DNA of 50,259 bases. It comes from a virus. Its lineage: Duplodnaviria; Caudoviricetes. The stretch covers positions 1 through 50,259 of the IMG/VR virus record IMGVR_UViG_3300009424_000023, one strand, 5' to 3'. A program made the position numbers and the translations under genes. Shown here piece after piece: positions 17,206 through 26,274 of this stretch. Within the stretch, counting starts at the first letter, position 1. Every line of letters begins with the position of its first letter. Under the pieces are notes generated by a model, which was not told the DNA's origin, did no database searches, and saw nothing but the letters and a program-made list of their open reading frames with translations.

Positions 17206-17442
17206 TTAAGCTGGTTGGTTGGCGAATTCAGCAAATCGCTTTGCGAAATTCACTTCTAAATCACTCACTCGGCCCAACACGCGCTCGGAGTGCTCGAATC
17301 CGCCGATCAGTTCGACACGGCGGTCAGATACCGATAGGCGGGTACAAAATTCGGTCAATGTCAGAGGGAATGCATCTGCCGTGGCAGAAGTTGCCGAAAC
17401 AGGTGTATCAACCGGCGTGCTTTGGGTGGTTTCTTTTGCCAT
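17206..17442 (-). CDS. Small pre-sheath protein
   Basis: SD AAGGAG; typical small gene position before sheath. Confidence 0.65.
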   Translation of the reverse strand: MAKETTQSTPVDTPVSATSATADAFPLTLTEFCTRLSVSDRRVELIGGFEHSERVLGRVSDLEVNFAKRFAEFANQPA

Positions 17443-17480
17443 TATTTCGCTCCTTGCGATGTGTTAAGTTTCATTGCAGC

Positions 17481-17496
17481 ATACTGGTGTCACGAC
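17481..17496 (-). promoter_or_regulatory. Putative late promoter for sheath operon
   Basis: GTCGTGAC-accAgtaT-gctgca-ATG(17474). Confidence 0.75.
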
Positions 17497-17511
17497 TCGG
17501 CGCGCGAGGCG

Positions 17512-18342
17512 CTAGACGACTGCCGGTGGCATGACTACACTGCCGATGTTCACCAGATAATCGGTTCCACCAACGATTGATGGGGCGATGCAAGATAGCG
17601 TTGTCATGGTCTGATAGACCGGCGCACTGAAACTCTGGAAATCCTCTGTGTCGGATTGCGTTACATCAATCTGAACCATCCCCGCCTTGTCGAAGACAGG
17701 GAGATTCGCGATCAGCAGGTTCTTGACGGCACGGCGCAGAATGTTTCTCTCATCCGGGTTCAAGCACCAGACGACGATCAATAGTTGGTATTTGGATAGC
17801 CAGCCTTCGTAATCAACGGTAAGCCCGGCATCGCTTATTGAAGAACCGAAATCCTCGCCAAGCGCGCGCTCCGCAGAGGAATCAGATTGCAAATGGACGG
17901 TGACGACAGGCCAGATCGTGTCCTCGAATAGCGGCGGCGCAGTAAGCACCTGAATGTGCCCCTGCTTATGGTGCAACTCACCGCGACCGACAAATACCGC
18001 CAAGCCTTCATCAAGACGATCTCGAATCAAACTCAATACGTCCGGCCCGAGCTGCGCCATTGTCGGGTTTGGTGTGGCGTAGTTAGTGCCTTCGGCAGCC
18101 CAAGTCGTGCCATTGAACCAGAACAGGCCATAGTGATAGACCTGCCCATTTGTGAGCGCGCTACTATCCAGCACAACCAAGTCTTTGCCTTCGTGGATTA
18201 CGGATGCGCCGAGGTCGTTGTATCCAGAAAATATGCCGTTTGCATTGCGTAGCAAGCGCCATTTCTTCGCGCCGAACGGCGGTGTAATGAATATGCGCAG
18301 GGCATTTCCAACGGGTATCGGTTGTATAAACGTGATTGGCAT
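17512..18342 (-). CDS. Tail terminator/neck protein
   Basis: Start reassigned to MPITF (14 nt after promoter motif); WPVVTVHLQSD...NPDER; position before sheath. Confidence 0.65.
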   Translation of the reverse strand: MPITFIQPIPVGNALRIFITPPFGAKKWRLLRNANGIFSGYNDLGASVIHEGKDLVVLDSSALTNGQVYHYGLFWFNGTTWAAEGTNYATPNPTMAQLGPDVLSLIRDRLDEGLAVFVGRGELHHKQGHIQVLTAPPLFEDTIWPVVTVHLQSDSSAERALGEDFGSSISDAGLTVDYEGWLSKYQLLIVVWCLNPDERNILRRAVKNLLIANLPVFDKAGMVQIDVTQSDTEDFQSFSAPVYQTMTTLSCIAPSIVGGTDYLVNIGSVVMPPAVV

Positions 18343-18348
18343 GTTTAC

Positions 18349-18364
18349 ATGCTGCAATCACGAC
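18349..18364 (-). promoter_or_regulatory. Putative late promoter, leaderless (divergent pair, left)
   Basis: GTCGTGAT-tgcAgcaT-gtaaac-ATG(18342). Confidence 0.7.
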
Positions 18365-18365
18365 C

Positions 18366-18381
18366 TTCGTGATGCCAAACT
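18366..18381 (+). promoter_or_regulatory. Putative late promoter, leaderless (divergent pair, right)
   Basis: TTCGTGAT-gccAaacT-aatgcc-ATG(18388). Confidence 0.7.
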
Positions 18382-18387
18382 AATGCC

Positions 18388-19158
18388 ATGCCGAACTACA
18401 ACATAACCGTCGATCTCGCCCCGCTCGCACACGCCCTCACTATTGCAGGCAATGAAGTTGCCATGCGCGTTTCGCAAGCGGTCGCAGCCACGGCTCAAGC
18501 TGGGTACGAACGCTGGACGGACAGCATCATGAAGGCGCGCGGAGTCTGGTATCAGGAAAAGCAGGATTACGCGGCATCAATAAAGGTGCGCTCGATCAAC
18601 CCTTTCGAGGCGGAAATATGGTCTGACTATAAGAATGCAGCCGAGATCGAAACTGGCCGTCCGGCAAAAGACCTGAAGCGGATGCTTGATACCTCAACGC
18701 GAGTTCGTATTTCAGCAAAAGGCGCGCGGTACCTGATTATCCCAATGCGGCACAATACGCCCGGCAGCGATGCTCACGCGAACCCAATGCCGCCGGACGT
18801 TTATGCGGCAGTGAAGAATATGAAGTCGTCTTCTGTTGTTGGGCAAAGAGCCCGTCTCAGCGGATTGAATGCATACAACACCAAGTCAAGGACGCCAATA
18901 ATCGTTCCACAGAACGTGTACCAGTGGGGAGGGAAGCTTGGTGCTGTTGAATCAAAGAACCATTCCGGGATGGTAAAAATGAAAGAATCATCCGGCGGAA
19001 GCTCATATTTGACGTTCAGGGTGATGACAGAGCGATCACAGGGGTGGATTATCGGGGCCAAGCCGGGGTTGCATATTGCACAGAATGTGACGGATGAATT
19101 GCGCCCACTATTTGAACTGGCTATTGAAGAAGCGGTTAAGAGCGCGCTACCTATTTAG
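18388..19158 (+). CDS. Neck/tail-completion protein, inverted orientation
   Basis: AAEIETG...DLK, YLIIPMRH, YLTFRVM...WI...PG motifs of myovirus neck proteins; has its own late-promoter motif. Confidence 0.65.
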   Translation: MPNYNITVDLAPLAHALTIAGNEVAMRVSQAVAATAQAGYERWTDSIMKARGVWYQEKQDYAASIKVRSINPFEAEIWSDYKNAAEIETGRPAKDLKRMLDTSTRVRISAKGARYLIIPMRHNTPGSDAHANPMPPDVYAAVKNMKSSSVVGQRARLSGLNAYNTKSRTPIIVPQNVYQWGGKLGAVESKNHSGMVKMKESSGGSSYLTFRVMTERSQGWIIGAKPGLHIAQNVTDELRPLFELAIEEAVKSALPI

Positions 19159-19169
19159 AACCCAGCAGA

Positions 19170-19493
19170 TCAACCGTCTTTAAATTCGCCAGTTTTGGTT
19201 AATTTTCGGTAGCACGTCCATCGTCGCCCATACCCGTTATCCAATGCCCAATTCATTACGCGCATTTGGTGTATCGGATTTTTCCAGCGCATCCCTTTCA
19301 TTTTTGCCAAACTTGCCAACTCATAAAAGGTATCGCGGCGAAACTGGGCAATGCCATGCGAAAGACCTCCATCGCCAATCGCATCAAATCGGCCAGATGA
19401 CTCGCATTCGAGGATAGAGATCATCAGTTTTGCATCGACGGCATGAGAAAAAGACGGCAGAAAAAGAAGAAGCGCGAAAAGTTTTAGTCGCAT
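19170..19493 (-). CDS. Exported lysozyme-like/lytic transglycosylase protein
   Basis: GGAGG before MRLKLF; signal peptide; ECESSG...GIAQF...TF...W.C. Confidence 0.7.
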   Translation of the reverse strand: MRLKLFALLLFLPSFSHAVDAKLMISILECESSGRFDAIGDGGLSHGIAQFRRDTFYELASLAKMKGMRWKNPIHQMRVMNWALDNGYGRRWTCYRKLTKTGEFKDG

Positions 19494-19504
19494 AGTGAAC
19501 CTCC

Positions 19505-19717
19505 TTATTTGTATCGGACACACTCCCGGTGCTGTATCGGCACCACTTGAATCATCTTTCCAGTCAGAATGGGTTGATTCCGCACCCAGACTCTGTATTC
19601 CAAGCAGCCACTGCCAGCATCATCTTCGCAACTTGCAAGCCATATTCCACCGCCGATCACCACTATAATTGCGGCAAACAAGCCAGATGCCAATTTCAAC
19701 TGATCGCACTTCGTCAT
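19505..19717 (-). CDS. Small membrane-anchored hypothetical protein
   Basis: One TM helix; ATGA overlap with upstream gene. Confidence 0.5.
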   Translation of the reverse strand: MTKCDQLKLASGLFAAIIVVIGGGIWLASCEDDAGSGCLEYRVWVRNQPILTGKMIQVVPIQHRECVRYK

Positions 19718-20118
19718 TCCGAATCCAACGGCCAATCAGGTAGCTCAACTGTTTTACCGGCCAAATCATGGGTACAGTCTGACAAATACTGAATTCTCCC
19801 ATCGGTCACATACGAATGGCAGACCATGCCTATGTGATCGAATGAAAACCCTTCAGGATGCTTTGGGTGTCCAGCCTCTCGCCACGCCTCTATGTCAGCA
19901 TTACCCTTGTCCGTGAGTTTGGTGAAGCGCGTCAATATCGACGGGGTGAATGTCGGGAAATCCACATTGCCATTCCATCCCCAGACTGGATGCGATGCAT
20001 GTTCTACTGTTACCGCGTGAATACCGTCGCACCCAGGACACCAGAAAGCAATCCGGCGTCCGTGCTCCGAACCTTCGCTAGTGATATTGCGCAACTTCTT
20101 GGAAAGAACGTAACCCAT
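19714..20118 (-). CDS. Cys/His-rich hypothetical protein (DUF6527-like)
   Basis: FWCPGC...H, WGWNGN..PTFTPSI, CHSYVTDGRIQYLSDCTH. Confidence 0.65.
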   Translation of the reverse strand: MGYVLSKKLRNITSEGSEHGRRIAFWCPGCDGIHAVTVEHASHPVWGWNGNVDFPTFTPSILTRFTKLTDKGNADIEAWREAGHPKHPEGFSFDHIGMVCHSYVTDGRIQYLSDCTHDLAGKTVELPDWPLDSE

Positions 20119-20119
20119 A

Positions 20120-20752
20120 TCAACGCCCGAACAGGTCGAACTTGCGCAGGATTACTTTCTTCGGCAACGCCTCGCCGTGATGTATCCCACGATTCGACGG
20201 GAACATGCCGTAGCAGAAATACTCGTTCATTCGCGTGCCTTCGACGGTGTAGGCTGCCCCAGCAGCAGGCTCGCCAGTTGCCCAGGTCATTACCCCAGCC
20301 GATGAAACTGTTGGTATTCCACCCTCAACAATAGCAGTGCCGCCTGAATTCAGCCAAAAACAGCGTGTGACAGACAGAAACGGGAAGCGCAGGGTGTCGT
20401 TATTGCCGCGCGTCAAAACAATCGAGAATCGCTCAGAAGTATTGACCAGAATGGCGCGATCAAACTGCCCCATTGCGTAGATGGCGGAATCAGACGGCAG
20501 TGAGATCACCACATCGCCGGATTCGTACAGTCCGCTTTGCGCCCACTCGCGCTGCGTCTTTTGTCCGGTTATTCCGGCATCGCAATCAACAGGCGAGCCC
20601 CAGCCTCTACCATTTCCGCCACAAATTGGGCAACCGGGCTTTGCTGCACCTGAATGCGGATTAGTGCATGGACAGGCGAATGACTGACGCCAGCGCACTG
20701 TTTGGCCCATGTCGGCGATCAAGTTATTAAAATCTGCCGGGTTTAATTGCAT
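20120..20752 (-). CDS. Head closure/neck protein
   Basis: GQTVRWRQSFACPC...CPICGGNG; follows the adaptor gene. Confidence 0.7.
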   Translation of the reverse strand: MQLNPADFNNLIADMGQTVRWRQSFACPCTNPHSGAAKPGCPICGGNGRGWGSPVDCDAGITGQKTQREWAQSGLYESGDVVISLPSDSAIYAMGQFDRAILVNTSERFSIVLTRGNNDTLRFPFLSVTRCFWLNSGGTAIVEGGIPTVSSAGVMTWATGEPAAGAAYTVEGTRMNEYFCYGMFPSNRGIHHGEALPKKVILRKFDLFGR

Positions 20753-20753
20753 A

Positions 20754-21518
20754 TCACAGAACCATGCAACGCACGCCGTGGATTGAGTCGCGCAAATGGT
20801 CTAACTCAGAATCTATTTGAGCACTGTGTTTATCAAGGTCTTGTGAAAACGATCTCGATAGTCCATCTGCCGATATTGAGCCAGAAGGCGCAACAAAAGC
20901 ATCCTTGAAAATGCCAAATACCGCCATTTTCTTGATTGTGTTAATCAGGTCTGGATAATCGCGTGCCGCATTTACCATGCCGGCGACATACCGGATTTTA
21001 AGCATTTGCGGGACATGCCGCCCACCAGCCATCATCGTCAATATCATCGAGCCGAAAGACCCGACGGACATATTTGAGCCGGCTGGAACAAATCGAATGT
21101 GCCCGGCCTTCTTGTCAAGGCGGATCCAGTTATCTGGCATCCTGAACACCCCAGCGACCGGAGAAGGATAGACAAATTCAACAGATGCCACACTGGACAC
21201 TAGCTTGTTGCGCAGAACCAAGTATCCCCAGTCCTCGGTATTCCAAAGCTCTGGCTCATAGTCATAGCCAGACTCTTCTGCCCACGGCGCGGTACCAACG
21301 GCAGTAATCTCTTCTGCTGTTGGCTCCCCGGCAAAAACGGTTGTTGGCTCAAGATAGACACGCAGACGACGCGTAACCTCGGCCTCGGCAGCTAAAACTT
21401 TCCCATAAATGTAATCATCGGAAAGTGCGCTTGCTTTGAAATATGTCCCGCCAGCCAGAACAAGGCGATCTGCGCGCAGTTCGGCAACTATTGTGGCTTT
21501 GACGGGAAACAGGGACAT
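20754..21518 (-). CDS. Head-tail adaptor protein
   Basis: IRYVAG...P...SISADGLSRSFS; position after capsid genes. Confidence 0.7.
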   Translation of the reverse strand: MSLFPVKATIVAELRADRLVLAGGTYFKASALSDDYIYGKVLAAEAEVTRRLRVYLEPTTVFAGEPTAEEITAVGTAPWAEESGYDYEPELWNTEDWGYLVLRNKLVSSVASVEFVYPSPVAGVFRMPDNWIRLDKKAGHIRFVPAGSNMSVGSFGSMILTMMAGGRHVPQMLKIRYVAGMVNAARDYPDLINTIKKMAVFGIFKDAFVAPSGSISADGLSRSFSQDLDKHSAQIDSELDHLRDSIHGVRCMVL

Positions 21519-21521
21519 GGC

Positions 21522-21725
21522 TTAGCTCGGGGTGATGATCTGGAATTCAGTTGTGTTTGGCACAACTGCAACTTTTACGCCTTCTGGCACAAGGCGCTGC
21601 ATTTGCTGATATATCTCACTCAGCGCTTGTTCGCTAATATCGGGGGCGACGCGCAGCGCCAGAATATCGCCCGGCTTCATCGCGAGCTTGTGTACTTCTA
21701 CGATTGCCATTTCAAACGGTGTCAT
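21522..21725 (-). CDS. Small hypothetical protein
   Basis: Start reassigned to MTPFEM (SD AAGGA, downstream of promoter motif). Confidence 0.6.
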   Translation of the reverse strand: MTPFEMAIVEVHKLAMKPGDILALRVAPDISEQALSEIYQQMQRLVPEGVKVAVVPNTTEFQIITPS

Positions 21726-21753
21726 TTTATTTTCCTTTGTTGGTGATGGTTGT

Positions 21754-21769
21754 AGCGTAAAGTCACGAC
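21754..21769 (-). promoter_or_regulatory. Putative late promoter for neck operon
   Basis: GTCGTGAC-tttAcgcT, 3 nt after a terminator. Confidence 0.7.
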
Positions 21770-21772
21770 AAC

Positions 21773-21794
21773 AAAAAACCCGCAAAAGCGGGTT
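21773..21794 (-). terminator. Intrinsic terminator after capsid operon
   Basis: AACCCGC-TTTT-GCGGGTT plus T-run. Confidence 0.85.
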
Positions 21795-21818
21795 CTCTGT
21801 GTTTTCAAGCATGGAACA

Positions 21819-22217
21819 TTAGGCCGATGCCATGTACGATGCAGCTTTGAGCGATGTCAAAACGGCATTTACCTTGGCTTCGAGTGCATCCAGACGCGCC
21901 TCCACTTCGGTGCGCAATGTTTCCACATCTGCATTGTCTGCCTTGGCATCGATGAAGCCCTTGATCTCGGCAGTTGCCGAATTTATCGCGTCGTTCACAT
22001 CAGTAGCGGATGGCGTTGCAGCACCCGCGCACGCTGCGCCAGTCATGGTAACGGCGATAGGTGCCAGCGCCGTCAGGTTCGCGGTCACACCAAACGCAAC
22101 AACAACCCCGGCTGGGCCACTTCCTGGCGCATCAATTGCCGCCACCAATTCATCCGCAACAGCTTTGCTTGTTACTGCTGCCGTAAGACGTTTTTTTGCA
22201 TCTGCGCTAATTGTCAT
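21819..22217 (-). CDS. Head fibre/decoration protein
   Basis: Ala-rich; C-terminal KVNAVLTSLKAA typical of head fibres; SD AAGGAG. Confidence 0.6.
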   Translation of the reverse strand: MTISADAKKRLTAAVTSKAVADELVAAIDAPGSGPAGVVVAFGVTANLTALAPIAVTMTGAACAGAATPSATDVNDAINSATAEIKGFIDAKADNADVETLRTEVEARLDALEAKVNAVLTSLKAASYMASA

Positions 22218-22228
22218 TTTGCATCTCC

Positions 22229-22459
22229 TTATTTACGTTTCGCTGGTTTCGCATCGGCTTGTGCTTGTACGGCATCAACCGGAGGATTAACTACTGCAGG
22301 TTCTTTTTCATCCTCTACAGCAAAGCCTTCGAAGTCTGCAAACAATGCCGCATCATCAGCAGATACGCCGGTCGCTACCACGCTTCCATCTTTTTGACGC
22401 TCGAATGCGATCCCGTTAATTTCTTCGGAAGCATTCTGGCGAGTGCATGTGATTTTCAT
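22229..22459 (-). CDS. Small post-capsid protein
   Basis: SD AAGGA; NASEEINGIAF; position. Confidence 0.6.
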   Translation of the reverse strand: MKITCTRQNASEEINGIAFERQKDGSVVATGVSADDAALFADFEGFAVEDEKEPAVVNPPVDAVQAQADAKPAKRK

Positions 22460-22476
22460 TTCTTTATCCTTTAGAG

Positions 22477-22500
22477 AAAACAGGGGCTATTAACCCCTGT
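22477..22500 (-). terminator. Terminator/attenuator after major capsid gene
   Basis: ACAGGGG-7nt-CCCCTGT then TTT. Confidence 0.65.
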
Positions 22501-22520
22501 CTATTTTCAACTCACTGCGA

Positions 22521-24026
22521 TTAAACAGTGAACGGACGCCATGTTGCGTTTGCTGGCAGGATGTTCTTGATGTAGCCGTGATGCTTTGGCTTCGTCACGC
22601 GCAAGTAGCCGAACAAGAACTGGAACCAGCTCACAACAGGAACGCCGCCAACACCGAATGGCAAAGGAATCTTGGTCATCGGTTGGAACTGACGCCATCC
22701 GATTGCATCAGCCGCTGGGTTCATATTCAAGCAAGGAACCATCACGGTGCCAGGGATGTCGCGGTTGATGTCGGTGAACGCAGTTGTTGCGCCAGTCTTG
22801 GGGATGATCTTCACGAGACGGAAGTCGTTCGTCGCGTTCGTTCCATCTTGACGCGAGCGATACACTGCATACCCTGTTTCTGTACCAGCAGCCGACTGAG
22901 TGATCGTGAGAACCGCTTTCTTGCCAGCCGCAACAGAGGTCTGTGTTGACTTCACGATTGCAGTCAGACCTTCACCGTTGCTACCTACAGCAGCAACTGC
23001 GTAGTAGTACAGGCCAGCGCGCGGTGCGGTGAACATGCTTGCGGTGTCGGATACAGAAGCACCCACTGTTACGCCCAAAGGAATGAATCCAACGTTCGCA
23101 GCGGCAGCAGCAGGCCAGGTCAGTTCGATTGGTTTTGCCATTGGGAACTCGCCATGATGCAGGAACGTATCGATGTTTGTCTTCAATACGCCCTCAGTCA
23201 GGCGAATGCCTTCCACATGACCGCCAATGGTCAATGGGGAATTAGGCTGCACACTCCAACGGAATGCCGGGTCAAGACCCATATTCAAGTCGGTCTGAAC
23301 TGCTGTCGGCATGAAGGTGTCGGTGATACGACCCCAGTTACCGTAGTCCTGAATTGCTGCTTGCAGCTTGGTGAAAGGCTCCACGGTATTCAGTGGCAGG
23401 CCGGCCATGTCGATCACATGGTCAGAGCCAGCTTTGCCAGCGGCGATAGCTGCGTCGATCTGAGTGAAGATGCCGTCGTACTGTGTTGGGCAAGCAGCAG
23501 CGTTGCCATGAAACAGCAGATATTCAGCATCTGTCAGCAATTGCAGTGCGCCGTTGCGCTCTTCAACAGCAACAGGCTCAGCTATGTTTTTACCCAGATT
23601 CAGCACATAACCGACTTGACGCAAGGTCATCAGGAACTTGACCAAGCCAACTTCGCGGCTGTATTCGCCTTGTGCAGAACGGACAGTACCCATTTGGCTA
23701 TTTGTAGAACCACCCAACACGCCACCGATGCTGTTTTGACGGGTGTATTCGTCAACGATGTTTGTTGCATTGGACTGTTGCAGCTTTTTGAACAGCACGA
23801 AGTGCTCTTCTTCCTGCACCACAGTCTTCATCGCGGTGTCGAGGGACTGTACGCCCATAGCGCCGCCGCCGGTGAGGGTGGCAACGTCAGTTTGATAGCT
23901 GGATGCGGTCAATGCTTTTTGCAGTTCTTGTGCATTGCCCAGTGCGCCACCGACAGAGCCGCCCAACACGGGAGCGCCACCGGCTTGCATTCCTGCAAAT
24001 TGTGCCATTAGTTCTTGAGGATTCAT
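22521..24026 (-). CDS. Major capsid protein
   Basis: 501 aa after protease and scaffold; KALTAS...GGAMGVQSLD start, EYLLFHGN, YDGI, LFGYL, IKNI; SD TAGGAG. Confidence 0.92.
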   Translation of the reverse strand: MNPQELMAQFAGMQAGGAPVLGGSVGGALGNAQELQKALTASSYQTDVATLTGGGAMGVQSLDTAMKTVVQEEEHFVLFKKLQQSNATNIVDEYTRQNSIGGVLGGSTNSQMGTVRSAQGEYSREVGLVKFLMTLRQVGYVLNLGKNIAEPVAVEERNGALQLLTDAEYLLFHGNAAACPTQYDGIFTQIDAAIAAGKAGSDHVIDMAGLPLNTVEPFTKLQAAIQDYGNWGRITDTFMPTAVQTDLNMGLDPAFRWSVQPNSPLTIGGHVEGIRLTEGVLKTNIDTFLHHGEFPMAKPIELTWPAAAAANVGFIPLGVTVGASVSDTASMFTAPRAGLYYYAVAAVGSNGEGLTAIVKSTQTSVAAGKKAVLTITQSAAGTETGYAVYRSRQDGTNATNDFRLVKIIPKTGATTAFTDINRDIPGTVMVPCLNMNPAADAIGWRQFQPMTKIPLPFGVGGVPVVSWFQFLFGYLRVTKPKHHGYIKNILPANATWRPFTV

Positions 24027-24075
24027 TTTTACTTCTCCTAGTTAGTTGAAAATATTACTCGGCCAGAATCTTGGG

Positions 24076-24732
24076 TTACTCGCCCAAAACCTTGTTGACG
24101 AGGTTCTGGTCAAGCACTGATCCCATGCGCAACGCCACGTCGCAAACCGTCAAGTCTTTGCCAGTGATGCGGCCAGCATCGAAAGCGGCATTCGCTTTGA
24201 GCATGAAACCTTGCGCATCCAGTGGCTGTTCGTTTTGAAGGCTCTTAATCATGGCCGGTGTTGGAGTCGTAACAGACTTGCGGCCAGCACCCTGATTGGA
24301 GAGAATTTCAACCTTTTCATTGAGCGACTTAATCAGAGAGCCTTGGCTCTTGATTACATCAGCCAAAATGGTCAACGATTTGGTGAGATCAGTTTTTTCG
24401 GATTCAGCACCTTTTTGCAGGGCTTCAACCTGGTCGCTAAGCGACTTAATCATCTCGGTACCGTCAACAGCCTCATGCTTCTCGCCATCGGCAGTAGTGA
24501 CGATGAAAGACTTTGCCATTGGCGCGCCCTCTTCGCCTTCTTTCTTGGCCGCTGGCTTGGCAATCGGATTGCCGTTTTCATCCAGCTCTTCTTCATCGCC
24601 TTCTTTTTTCTTTGCGCCATCATCAGCGCCCGCCGCTGCGGCAGCAGCAGCTTGAATCTTTTTGTCGTCCTCTTCGGCGGCATAGCTCTTTTGCAGCGTC
24701 TCAAGGTCGTCCAGCAGTTTTTCGTAGCTCAT
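24076..24732 (-). CDS. Scaffolding protein
   Basis: Acidic coiled coil between protease and capsid; many KS repeats. Confidence 0.8.
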   Translation of the reverse strand: MSYEKLLDDLETLQKSYAAEEDDKKIQAAAAAAAGADDGAKKKEGDEEELDENGNPIAKPAAKKEGEEGAPMAKSFIVTTADGEKHEAVDGTEMIKSLSDQVEALQKGAESEKTDLTKSLTILADVIKSQGSLIKSLNEKVEILSNQGAGRKSVTTPTPAMIKSLQNEQPLDAQGFMLKANAAFDAGRITGKDLTVCDVALRMGSVLDQNLVNKVLGE

Positions 24733-25607
24733 TTACCTCTCTCCTTAAAATGGATGCTTGTAGCAGCCGACTGTTTAATCCCTCGCAAGAAGCGCTCTAC
24801 CCAATCAGAAGCCTGTTCATGGGATAAACCGAACGTGCGAATAGCGTAATTTGTAATGTCACGACCAACTTTTCGCCCGCGAATTGCTTCTGAGATACGC
24901 TCGCGGAAATCAAAGTAGCTGTGAATGCCGGTATCAAGTGACTGCATCCCAAATGCAGCACCACCAGTCATGGCGGTGGCATCAGTGGCATAGCTGGCTT
25001 CAAGCGCCTTGTTCAGGGTGAATGCATTTAGTGATTTGCAGAACGTGCCAATTGGCGAAGCCGAGGCCGTTGGGACGTGTTGATTGACCGGCGTTTGGCT
25101 AAGTCCGATATTTGTCCAGCGCACAGATTTGACCACCGTCACCTTGCTGCATGACTCTGGATCAAACTCTTGCACCTTGACCGGCGCAGAACCTCCTACG
25201 GACGGATACCAACGCTTTGGCGGTGAAATCTTGGTCATCGACTCCCACACCATGTTTGCGTTCTTGGCTAATTCAGAATCGCCCTTGTAGAGCTGGGCCT
25301 TGACGAACGTATGGCGGTTTTCAATGCGGACATCGACGGGCCTCCCAATTTCGTATTGCAGCGGATTTTGAATCCCCGCCTTTGCCCCAATGATCGAGAA
25401 GTGATCTATGTCGATGTTCCCGTAGCGCAGGTAGTAATCTTTGCTATCCGCAAGTGCTTCGGATAGAACCTTCTCACCTTGCAGGTCAATCCCTTCGTTG
25501 CTGGCCTCAATGTAAATGAAGCGCTCCCCTGACTCTTCGACTGGGGTTGCTTTAAGGAACGACTGGAATGAAACAAAGTCGTCTGTATTGTTGGCGGCAT
25601 CTATCAT
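24729..25607 (-). CDS. Prohead protease
   Basis: ASNEGIDLQGE, IDIDH, IGRP, SVGG, LSQTPVN motifs. Confidence 0.88.
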   Translation of the reverse strand: MIDAANNTDDFVSFQSFLKATPVEESGERFIYIEASNEGIDLQGEKVLSEALADSKDYYLRYGNIDIDHFSIIGAKAGIQNPLQYEIGRPVDVRIENRHTFVKAQLYKGDSELAKNANMVWESMTKISPPKRWYPSVGGSAPVKVQEFDPESCSKVTVVKSVRWTNIGLSQTPVNQHVPTASASPIGTFCKSLNAFTLNKALEASYATDATAMTGGAAFGMQSLDTGIHSYFDFRERISEAIRGRKVGRDITNYAIRTFGLSHEQASDWVERFLRGIKQSAATSIHFKERGK

Positions 25608-25613
25608 GCTGAC

Positions 25614-25629
25614 ATGTTGGCGTCACGAC
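25614..25629 (-). promoter_or_regulatory. Putative late promoter, leaderless, for protease-capsid operon
   Basis: GTCGTGAC-gccAacaT-gtcagc-ATG(25607). Confidence 0.75.
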
Positions 25630-25641
25630 ACATGCAGCAAC

Positions 25642-25663
25642 AAAAAACCCGCCGAAGCGGGTT
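25642..25663 (-). terminator. Intrinsic terminator after DarB-like operon
   Basis: AACCCGC-TTCG-GCGGGTT plus T-run. Confidence 0.9.
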
Positions 25664-25693
25664 CATCTGCTATTCGCATACAACATATAGCCG

Positions 25694-25936
25694 CTACGAT
25701 GTGGCCAGCGTGCGCAGGAGTGCGCCTTTCTCTTTGGTTAGGTCAAGATACTCATCCGCAGCCGCGCGGTCTGTGATCGCTTTCCCTCGCAAATTGTCCA
25801 GAAGTGCATTCACTTGCGCAAGCCGGGCAGTCGCGCCAGCAGTGATGGCATCACCCTGCGAATCTACTTGACGCAGCATCGACGATGTTTGGCTGATGCA
25901 CTTACGAAGCTCTGAATTGCCTTGATCTAGTCCCAT
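25694..25936 (-). CDS. Hypothetical helical protein
   Basis: TAATG-coupled to upstream gene. Confidence 0.65.
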   Translation of the reverse strand: MGLDQGNSELRKCISQTSSMLRQVDSQGDAITAGATARLAQVNALLDNLRGKAITDRAAADEYLDLTKEKGALLRTLATS

Positions 25937-26274
25937 TACATCCCCGCGTCTTCATCGAATAACACAACCTCGTCACTATCCAGATCAATACTGATAGCAC
26001 GGCCCATGTTGTTTTCCCAGTTTGCTCGCCACATCAACAGAGCATCATGCATGGCGTCTTCGAAGTTGTCATATTCCGGCATCTTAGCAACCATGTCAGG
26101 CTGCTCGTACTCGCCCAGGAGGTACAAATTTTCCTTGGTGTAATACTTTTTCAGGAAAGCTTTCACAAAATACCAGTACACGCCAAAGTTGCGATAGTCG
26201 GCTGGCTTGTTATCCAGCACCTTGCGAATGTTGGCCGCGAGCTGGTCGGGCGGGAGCATTGTTGACGACATCAT
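25936..26274 (-). CDS. Ulx-like DarB accessory protein
   Basis: P..YRNFGVYWYFVK..L resembles the phage P1 Ulx motif as recalled from memory (PRLYRSYGPYWPEIKKLL); coupled to DarB-like gene. Confidence 0.55.
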   Translation of the reverse strand: MMSSTMLPPDQLAANIRKVLDNKPADYRNFGVYWYFVKAFLKKYYTKENLYLLGEYEQPDMVAKMPEYDNFEDAMHDALLMWRANWENNMGRAISIDLDSDEVVLFDEDAGM

